Shown here one piece after another: positions 11,401-20,534 of a stretch of 42,742 bases of DNA. Positions within the stretch are counted from its first letter, which is position 1. Every line of letters begins with the position of its first letter. Below the pieces are notes generated by a model. That model was given only the letters and a program-made list of their open reading frames with translations, was not told the DNA's origin and ran no database searches. This DNA is from Monosiga brevicollis MX1 (Eukaryota): contig NW_001865080.1 of assembly GCF_000002865.3 (NCBI RefSeq), positions 17,875 through 60,616 of the forward strand, written 5' to 3'. The translations under genes and the position numbers were made by a program.

Positions 11401-12430
11401 ACAACGAACGCGTGTCCGTCGAAAATGCTGACATTTGACGTTGGCTAGAGGGGGCACGTGTGTGTTGCTTGTGAGCAAAACGGCGCTACGTTTGTGCGGT
11501 CAGGCTACTTTAGAGGATCAAAGTCAAAACTAGAGGGATAAAGTGTCCAGCAACCTGGCTATTATTTTACTTCCTCTTTTGGTGGTGAAACAATACAGAG
11601 CCTTGACAACAACAGCGTAGCAACCGCACCCTCTCTCTCTGTGTAAAAGTGTAAATGTGTGTCTCACATGTACATGTAGTAGTAAAGTCTAACACCACGC
11701 GGGTGCAGCTTCTCTCTCTCTCTCTCTCTGTGCCGTCAGACAAAAGATCGCTCTTTTCTTTTGTTCTCACACCTTTGCTGTTGCTCCCCACACGCTCTGG
11801 TGCTTGCTGCTGGATACTCATTTTCTCTGGGTGAGTGATGGCTGCCCCGCATCTTCTCTGACCTTCCTTGTATTTTCCCTTCCATCTCACACCCAGAAAT
11901 CCCACAACGACACCCTCCTCTCAACATCTCCCTCACTCCCACCCCCTCTCTCACACGGACGCTCGCTCTCACCCTCTCTCTCTCATGGCTGTGTGCGTCT
12001 GATTTTCGGTTTTTGGCGTTTTTTTTAGTTTCTCTGGACCGACTGGGTGAGTGCGCGCCGTCTCGTTTGTTCCTCCTCCTCCTCGTTGTTGTTGTTGTTG
12101 TTGTCGCTCTTGGCTGCCGTTTATGTTGCAAAGAGGGGACTGCACTTGTACGGTCCATCCATCCATCTTCCAGTTTGCAGGCGGCGGTGGCCTCGTGATC
12201 ACCGCCTGCCGCTTTCTTGTGTGTTTGGGGAATCGTCTTCTTGTCAACCGTTTTTTTTTTCAGCCGTGAAAGGTTGTCGCTCGTCGGGCCTGAGAGTGGC
12301 GTGCAGTGCCTCCGGGGTCTGCCTCGTTGACAACACAGGGGCTTAATTGGCGAGGCCAGGTCATCGCGCTCGGCAACACAACTTACTCTGTTCACAACTC
12401 TTCTTATCCTCGCTCTCTCCATCTATTTTC

Positions 12431-12478
<48 letters not shown>

Positions 12479-12750
12479 TGTGTGTGTTATATGGTGTTAT
12501 ATGGCAGTTGCTTGTCAATTCATCGTTTATCACTGGTATCGACCATACCCTGGCGCCACCTCACAGTGTCTGCCTGGTGCTTTTGAATGCTGTTCTCGTC
12601 ACGTAGGCACCTCTTTTTGCTCAGCGTTGACCCAACCCGTCTTTCTCATCTTGCTTAGTTGCGGCACAGTTTGCCGAGCGGTTGGCCAATTTCGGCCCAG
12701 ATCCGAAGAAAACACCGTCACACACCCTTGCAGGTCCACACACCGCCGCC

Positions 12751-14824
12751 ATGGACAGCGCTCAGAACGGTCAGGTTACCTTTGACGAGTACGGTCGCCC
12801 CTTCCTCATCATCCGTGATCAAGACCAGAAAGCTCGCCTCTCCGGTCTCGAAGCGCAGAAGGTTTGTTGGCCCACCCAGCTCAGCATGCTTTAGAGCTGT
12901 GCGCGCGTCGGCGTGCTTTTTTTTTTCTTCTTCTTTTTTTTTTTTTTTTTTTTTTGAGGAACAAAAGAAAAAAAAACCAGGAGGAAGGGAAGAGAACTTT
13001 GACGCCCGATTCTGTGGCATGTCGTCATTTTAGGGCGCCGTTTGGGTTGTGCTATTTGTGCTGCTGTGTGCCATGTCTCTTTCTAGTGACCTGGTCAATT
13101 CTGATTTTTTTTTTTCGTTTCTTCACTTGATTAGGCACACATTCTGGCCGCTCGCTCGGTGGCCAACACGCTCCGCACTTCCCTGGGTCCCAAGGGCTTG
13201 GACAAACTTCTCGTGAGCCCTGATGGCGAGATTACCATCACCAACGATGGTGCCACCATCCTCGACAAGATGGTGAGTTGACTCTGTCCACCCAACCTCG
13301 CACCACATTCCTTGGTTGAGACTGCCACTAACCCTCAACTGGGTCAATCCTGTCACGTTAGGATGTGAGTCATGAGATTGCCAAGTTGATGGTACAGCTG
13401 TCCAAGTCCCAGGACGATGAGATTGGTGATGGCACAACCGGCGTCGTGGTGTTGGCTGGTGCTCTCCTGCAGCAGGCCGAGCAGCTCCTGGACCGCGGCC
13501 TGCACCCTATTCGTGTTGCCGATGGTTATGAAATGGCTGCCAAGGTTGCTCTGGACCGTTTGGATGCCATTGCCGACACCTTTCCCGTCGATGTCAAGAA
13601 CCCTGAAACGCTCGTGGAGACTGCCATGACCACCCTCAGCTCAAAGATTGTCAACCGGTGTCACCGCCAGTTTGCTCAGATTGCTGTCGATGCCGTGCTT
13701 GCTGTCGCCGACCTCGAAAAGCGCGACGTCAACTTTGAACTCATCAAGATGGATGGCAAGGAAGGTGCGAAGCTCGAGGACACTATGCTCGTGCACGGCG
13801 TCGTTCTGGACAAGACCATGAGCCACCCGCAAATGCCCAAGACGGTCAAGGATGCCCGCGTGGCCATCCTCACCTGCCCCTTTGAGCCCCCTAAGCCCAA
13901 GACCACGCACAAGCTGGACATCAACTCGGTTGCGGCCTACGAAGAGCTGCGCAAGTACGAGCAGGAGAAGTTTGCCGAAATGGTCCAACAGGTCAAGGAC
14001 ACGGGTGCCAACCTCGTGCTCTGCCAGTGGGGCTTTGATGACGAAGCCAACCATTTGCTCCTCCAGAAGGAGCTGCCCGCCGTCCGCTGGGTCGGTGGCC
14101 CCGAGGTTGAGCTCGTGGCCATTGCCACTGGCGGCCGCATCGTGCCCCGCTTTTCCGAGCTCACCGCTGACAAGCTGGGTAAGGCTGGCCTCGTGCGCGA
14201 GTTGGCCTTTGGCACCACCAAGGAACACATGATGGTCATTGAAGAGTGCCAAAACTCAAAGGCCGTGACCATCTTTGTGCGTGGTGGTAACAAGATGATC
14301 ATTGACGAGGCCAAGCGTAGCCTTCACGATGCTATTTGCGTGGTCCGCAACCTCGTCCGCGACGACCGTGTGGTGTATGGTGGCGGTGCCGCCGAAATCG
14401 CTTGCTCCATTGCCGTTAAGAACGAAGCTGACAAGGTGCGTTCAAGTGCTATCGTTCGTCCTCGTTGCTCGTTTAAGTTGCAATGACCTCACCGTTTTGT
14501 TGTCGATTTGCCTTTGCGTTACAGGTGTCGTCGCTGGAGCAGTACGCCATGCGTTCGTTCGCCGATGCCCTTGAGAGCATTCCTCTGGCCCTGGCCGAGA
14601 ACAGTGGCTTGCCTCCCATTGCCACGGTCTCCGAGGTGATTGCCCGTCAGGTCAAGGAGGGCAACGCATATCTGGGTGTTGACTGCTTGAGCAAGGGCAC
14701 CAATGACATGAAGCAGCAACACGTTCTTGAAACACTGATTGGCAAGAAGCAGCAGATCAGCCTAGCCACTCAGCTGGTCAAGATGATCTTGAAGATTGAC
14801 GATGTCCGAACCCCCGCGAACTGA
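12751..14824 (+). CDS. CCT5: Chaperonin TCP-1 subunit epsilon (exons 12751-12861, 13135-13272, 13362-14435, 14525-14824)
   Basis: [69 protein letters not shown] and KMILKIDD. Confidence 0.98.
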
Positions 14825-15584
14825 GATGCCGAATAGTCTTTAACTGGATTGACTCGTGGCAGGACCTTGCCGCCTCTTGTAGCTTATGGCCTGACTCCTA
14901 AACCTTGTGGCTGGCGTCTCTTTCCCGCGTCGAGAAGTGAAAAAAAATAAAAATTTATGAGAAACACTCTTTCAACCGAGTCTTGGTCATTTCCGATGCC
15001 TGATCTAGGGGTCCGAAGAAAGGAAAGACCAGTCTGTTTGGCATCAGTTGTTCAATTCTTGTTGGTCAAGGAAGCTCATGTGATGAGCGAAAACCGAAGA
15101 TAACAAGACGCATGACCAAAGAACGGAAGCAGGGGCATTTTATCAAAAGAAAGATGAACAAACATCAGGACTCGTGGAAAGGAAACACAGCAACAGACTG
15201 AACCACATATCCTGAAGGGTGTGGAACAGGGCTGTACTCTACCAAGCTCGGACACGGAGCAACTTCAAGTCGAATGGAAAGTCGAAATGCATTTGCGCGC
15301 CCAGTTGGCCGCCCGCAGGGCGCCGAGTGAAACAGTCAAAAGAGTGACCAACAGTCAAACAAAACAAGGCACTAACAAGCCAGATGAACCAAAATTAAAC
15401 TGCGGAGGACTCGACAGAAGAACATTCAAAGTGCCTCGTGCAAAATGCACGGTGTCAGCAAAGAGGTGGCATACCGACCAATGAGGTCCACAGAAGGCAG
15501 ACAGCACGTGGGCTGGTGTCTGCTCAAGTCAAAACAAGACGCAGCAGCCTACTTGTGGAGAAGGCCGTATCAACTTCTCATGGT

Positions 15585-16855
15585 CTACACCAAGGATTGG
15601 ACGAGCGTCTTGAGTTTGCCCTTGTCGCCCTGTTCGCTGACAAAGGGGTGTTTGCTCAAAGCTCCAGCTATCAAAGCCATCGCACAATGGTGATGTAATT
15701 GTGAGCTTTGACGGGAATCCCAAGAAGGGGGGGGAAGCGGGGCGGCACTGATGACCACAAATGCGTACCAGTGATGCGGTCGGTGGGCTTTTTCACCAGT
15801 GCCGAGGCGACAAAATCGTGAAACGAACTACTAAAGCCACGGCTGGCGTCGAGGGTCGGGCTAGGTCCAGAGAGAATTTTGAACAACACCTGAAAAACCC
15901 GGATAGCACGACGCAAGGGGGAGAGGCAACTTTGGAATGAGTCTGCAACAAATGAGCGATTGTTGTGGACAGCTTGGCTAAGGCCACTAGTGTCGGGCGG
16001 ACGGGGTCATTTGTCGAGTACCTTGATGGGGTGGAGGTCAGCATGCGGCGGGCGGCGTTGGGCTAGCTCCAAAGCTGTGATGCCCAACGACCAAATGTCG
16101 GCGCGCGAGTTGTAGGCGTTTGAGCTATCATTTTCACAGGCCACGACTTCTGGAGCCATCCAATGTGGAGAGCCGACAAAGGTGTGCCGGCGCTGGTCTT
16201 CGCTCTTGCCGAGGGCGGATACGCCAAAGTCGGCGAGTTTGACGGTGCCGTGGCGGGTGATGAGGGTATTGGCGCAATTGATGTCGCGATGGATTACAAA
16301 ATGAGCGTGCAGGAAGACGAGGGCTTTGAGCATTTGGTGCATGATGGGAGCAATGTAGCCTTCATCAAAACCGGCTTCTGTCTTGTCAACGAGCGAGCCC
16401 AGGGATCCACCATCACAGAGTTCAATGATAATCCACAAGTCAGGTTTGTTGAAGTAGCCGTCGATAAAGTTTGTGATGTTATCATGGCGGCAGCTGGTCA
16501 AAATGTCAACTTCGGTGGAAAAATCACTGAGCTGAGCGCTGGCACCAATTTGAGCAATCTTGGCGGCCGCCTTTTGACCTGTTTGTCGATGCCGCACAAG
16601 GTGAACCTTGCCGTATGTGCCTGGTGGGGGTGCGGAGCAAATGGGGGATGACATGGCAGAGATGAGGAACAGGAGGGACACAGGGCTAGGAAGGCGATGA
16701 ACAAGTGGGAGGTGTTTGGGCCCAAGTGGGCACTGGAGCCGAGCAGGAGGGTCTAGGAGGGGGCGCGCACCTGCACCCAGGTCGCCCGTAATTTGCCAGA
16801 TGGTGATTGGGTTTTCGTTCTTGATGTTTCGCAGCTTGGTGGAGCTGAGACCCAT
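15585..16855 (-). CDS. STE20-family (SLK/LOK-like) kinase, kinase domain only, ~295 aa (exons 16855-16771, 16620-16022, 15889-15769, 15667-15585)
   Basis: NPITIWQITGDLGAGTYGKV, AAAK, HRDINCAN, LADFGVSA, TFVGSPHWMAPEVVACE, DIWSLGITALELA, KVLFKI and KHPFV. A stop follows shortly after the kinase domain. Confidence 0.9.
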
Positions 16856-17534
16856 GGTGCTGGACACAGCAACCACACTCGTGGAATATCGAGTAGGAAT
16901 AAGCAGCGAGGTGACACGGCGCTGAACGCTGTGGGCCCAAAGGCGACGAGCGTACAAGGCAAAGTGGCGGGCAGGCCGGGGTCTGAGCCACCGCCAGATC
17001 GTATCTGCGCGTGCCCTGGGGCTGACCAGCTGTTTGGCACCGTTGATGACACTGCCTCTGGGGGCTTCCAACCTTGAGTAATCGGGTCGGCCTCACCAGG
17101 AAATGGGAAAGTTGATATGGGCCCGGCTAGAACTCGTTCCTTTGCGCTCCTGTGTGGCGCAGACAAGGGGCACACGAGCAGCTCGAGATCAGCTTGCCCG
17201 AGGTGTGCATTCATCGAGGACGACCCACAAACCCATGCTAGCCAGATTCATTCAGGGTCGCTAGGCAGCGATGCCATCTGGCGCATCAAGGGGTGCAGCG
17301 GCGGCGAAAGAATTCTTTTGCCGCCGTCGCCTCAAGAGCCCCGCCCCCAACTTTGCTTTGATCACGCAACGCCGTCATGAATCACCGCCTCCACCTATCC
17401 TTGCTCCCTCTTCCTCGCCCTCCATCCCGCTCCCCAAGCCAAAATCGACATACCTCGTCGTCCGCCCCGTTCCCCCTTGCGGCGCGTCAAAATCGTCCAG
17501 CTGCCAAAACTGAGATCCCCGATCCGCCTCCTTG

Positions 17535-17718
17535 CCCGTCCGTCCGTCCGTCCGTCCGTCCGTCCGTGTGTTGTGTTGTGTTGTGTTGTGTTGTGTTGTG
17601 TTGTGTTGTGTTGTGTTGTGTTGTGTTGTGTTGTGTTTGTGTGTGTGTGTGTTGTNGCGGCCTCAACGTGAAGAGAGAGACAGACACACACAACACACAC
17701 ACACACACACACACACAC
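17535..17718. repeat. (CCGT)n, (GTGTT)n, (GT)n and (CA)n microsatellites around an ambiguous base (N at 17656)
   Basis: Seen directly in the sequence. Confidence 0.95.
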
Positions 17719-18518
17719 GATGAATTGTCAGATGAATTGGCACACCAGGAGCTGAGGTTACCAGATGTTAGTCATCCTTTTTGGAAGGTTTGCTTGACAG
17801 CAAACGACTGGCTCATCTCTCCGGTGCTACCAAGTGTGAACCGGGGTCAAGAAACACACGACCAGTCAACGTGTTCAGCTGTATCAACCACGCGGGAAAA
17901 ACACCCGTAAAACAATACGGTTCCTGACACGCGCGAACAGCCTTTTCCTCTGGCCGCCATTCGCAGCAAACCGGTGAGCCGTTCCATCCTGCCAGTCGCG
18001 ACCCTGGACTGTCGCTGCACCGCTGCCCTTTTGATGTCGGTGTTGGATGCATGTGTCGGAGGCAAAGCGGGCGGTCGTACACACAGCTGTCATTTATTTG
18101 AATGGGTTTGAAAGGGACTGCCCTGGGCAAGGGCTGCCTCATGCCGCCCGACATGCCACGCCTCCCGTTTCGATGCGGCTCGCCGGGTCTGGTTGGAACA
18201 CATTGGCGTGGCATGGCGGTAACCGGCAGCGCTACCACCTCGCCTCATTATGGCAGTTATCGTTGATCAATGAACCACCGAGATGCCCCTGGGGACGCAA
18301 TGCTTGATACCCCACCTCTCCTTGAAGTTTCCGGCCGTTCTCTCTCAGCGTTGTTCGTCGTGTTGTCCGTGTGGTTTTCTTGTTGATTTGGGTGTGGTCG
18401 GGTTGGCTACTCTCCTCCGGTGGTGGTGGTGGTGGTGGTGATGACACTGGCTTGTCGTGATGCATGCTTGCTGATCTTGTACCACCTCTGTTTGCTCCCT
18501 TAAATGTCATCAGGCACC

Positions 18519-19697
18519 ATGCTGATTCCCAAGGCGAACCGCAAGGCGATCTACACCCGCCTCTTCCAGGAGGGTGTCCTCATCGCTGAGAAGGATTTCA
18601 ACGCTCCCGCTCACTCTGAGCTGGCCGAGATCCCCAACCTCCAGGTCATCAAGGCCTGCCAGTCGCTCAACTCTCGCGGCTATGTCAAGGAGCAGTTCGC
18701 GTGGCGCCACTACTACTGGTACCTGACCGATGAGGGTCTCGAGTACCTCCGCACTTACCTCCACCTTCCCGCGGAGGTTGTGCCCAACACCCACAAGCAG
18801 CCTGCTCGCCCCACCGCTCGCCCCGGTCGCGCGGCTGCTCGCCCTGCTGCCTCGGGTTTCCGTGGTGCCGCGGATTCCTACCGCCGTGGTAAGCCTGCTC
18901 TCCAAATGATCCAGCTTCCACACACGCACAACTTTTGATACACCAAACAGCTCCACAACTTGTTGATACGATTGCTTTGTGGAGTGGCAATCTGCCAACG
19001 ACTTTGACATGTCCATGCTATTTTATGGCCGTGTTTGTTCCCCAACCCGCCCGAACACCAAGTGTTTCTTCTTTTTCTTGTTCATTGATGACTCAGGCAT
19101 TTGGCTTTATGCCGGCCTGTAGTGGGTCGGCACATGCTGAAAACTCTAGCTACCTTTTACATCTCTGAGAACAAGCAAAGATGACCTGTGTTGTGTTTGT
19201 GTCTGATTCTTTTTCCTCCCCGGCACGGGCAAGGCGCGTTTGGGTCTGCCTCGACCCAGTTTTGTTCCCTGATGACTCAGGCATTTGGCTTTATGCCGGC
19301 CTGTAGTGGGTCGGCAAATGCTGAAAACTCTAGCTACCTTTTATTTCTCTGAGAACAAAATCCCGCCTTGCTTGTGTCTTCGATTTGTTGGTGGTGCTTT
19401 TGTCGTTTATTCTTGTTCACTGATGACTCAGGCATTTGGCTTTATGTCGGCCTGTAGTGGGTCGGCACATGCTGAAAACCCTAGCTACCTTTAATTACTC
19501 TGAGAACAAGACAACTGATACCCATCCTTCACCATCCAATCACATGCATCGCCCTGCCGCTGTTTTTTTGCACGCTAGCTCACTCGTACTCTTCCTTGCT
19601 TTTGCTACTTTCTTCAGACGAGGGCAAGGTTGGTGGTGCCGGTCCTGGCTTCCAGCCCCAGTTCAAAGGCTCGTACGGTCGTGGTGCCTCCATGTAA
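18519..19697 (+). CDS. RPS10: 40S ribosomal protein S10 (eS10); exons 18519-18888 and 19618-19697
   Basis: [70 protein letters not shown] intron spans 18889-19617. C-terminus [18 protein letters not shown]. Confidence 0.98.
19077..19175 (+). ncRNA. Box C/D snoRNA, snR13-like, copy 1 (RPS10 intron)
   Basis: Terminal stem CTTGTTC/GAACAAG; box C TGATGA 19086-19091; guide AGGCATTTGGCT 19095-19106 antisense to LSU rRNA AGCCAAAUGCCU; internal hairpin; C' ATGCTGA; GCTACCTT antisense to the adjacent AAGGUAGC; box D CTGA 19165-19168. Confidence 0.92.
19260..19360 (+). ncRNA. Box C/D snoRNA, snR13-like, copy 2 (RPS10 intron)
   Basis: Stem TTTTGTTC/GAACAAAA; box C 19270-19275; identical guide; box D 19349-19352. 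Confidence 0.92.
19411..19511 (+). ncRNA. Box C/D snoRNA, snR13-like, copy 3 (RPS10 intron)
   Basis: Stem TCTTGTTC/GAACAAGA; box C 19421-19426; identical guide; box D 19500-19503; about 105 nt upstream of the 3' splice site. Confidence 0.92.
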
Positions 19698-20534
19698 AAA
19701 TTGATGGCTGCCATCTAGTTGACCGTTTGGAGAGTGTTGTGCCCCGGCTCATCGCATACGACTGACTCCAAATCAAAAACAAAAACCCCCAAATTCAGCG
19801 CGTGGTCGCTTTGTCGACATGCCCAGTTCTATGAAGACCAAAGTCACATTCAAGCCGGGAAAGGGACACACACTGAACTGAAGACAACACACACGTGTAT
19901 TTCAACAATTGCAAGGGGCTGAGACATCACTCGTAGGATTGGTTCGGGCTGTCGTGGGTACCACAGTTGCTTTCTATTACTATACGGTTAGGTCCCGTCG
20001 TTGGGCTTATCACTCTCGGCTGCTGACCTTCAACCCTCTCGCATAGCATATTGGACAGTGCACAACACTTGATCAAACGTTTCAACATTAAGTAGGGCTC
20101 TTCTCTGTCTTGGTGTCATGTTGGAGTCAGTTCGGTTCAGTTTGATCTTTCCAATTTGGTTGTCGGGTTCAATAAACATACAAAGGCGGAGAAGGAAGTT
20201 GGGCGGAGGAGCACACGCTGGCATCACAGCATACGTGGACGTGGCGAGGCCACCGTTGACCGCCACCGTCAGTCACATACCGCAGAAAACATATCACTCA
20301 TCGATGCCAAGGAAAAAGTCAAGCGAAGGAAAAAAAAAAAAAAAAAGAAAAAAAGAAAAAGAAAAAGGCATAAAAAAGGGGGGCAGGTGAACCAAAGTAA
20401 AAAATGAGGCATGGCCTCTCGGGGTGGCTGGATGGGGAAAGGACAGAAAACAAGGCAACATCAAAGGACGGCACATGAAAACGAAAGAAGGGTTCAAAAG
20501 AACATGCGCTTGGACAAGCGTCAACAGGAAGCGT

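Noticed and set aside
11567..12785. Several ORFs between DDX18 and CCT5
   Set aside because: They are products of microsatellites and homopolymer runs in a divergent intergenic region.
13641..14314. Long antisense ORFs over CCT5 (and similar ones over RPS10, eIF3L and ELP1)
   Set aside because: These are shadow frames caused by strong codon bias in the sense genes.
17720..18300. Possible ncRNA or gene upstream of RPS10
   Set aside because: No tRNA, snRNA or snoRNA motif or protein similarity was recognised. The sequence also sits next to an ambiguous base.
18439..18476. GTGATGA...CTGA in the RPS10 5' UTR intron
   Set aside because: Only ~38 nt from box C to box D, with no convincing terminal stem or rRNA complement.
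18951..19058. Hairpins upstream of snoRNA copy 1 (CTCCACAA/TTGTGGAG; GTGTTTG/CGAACAC)
   Set aside because: No properly placed H or ACA box was found. They could be processing stems but cannot be supported as an RNA gene.
20030..20266. 78-aa minus ORF between RPS10 and eIF3L
   Set aside because: No recognisable motif or splice structure. It lies between two convergent 3' ends.
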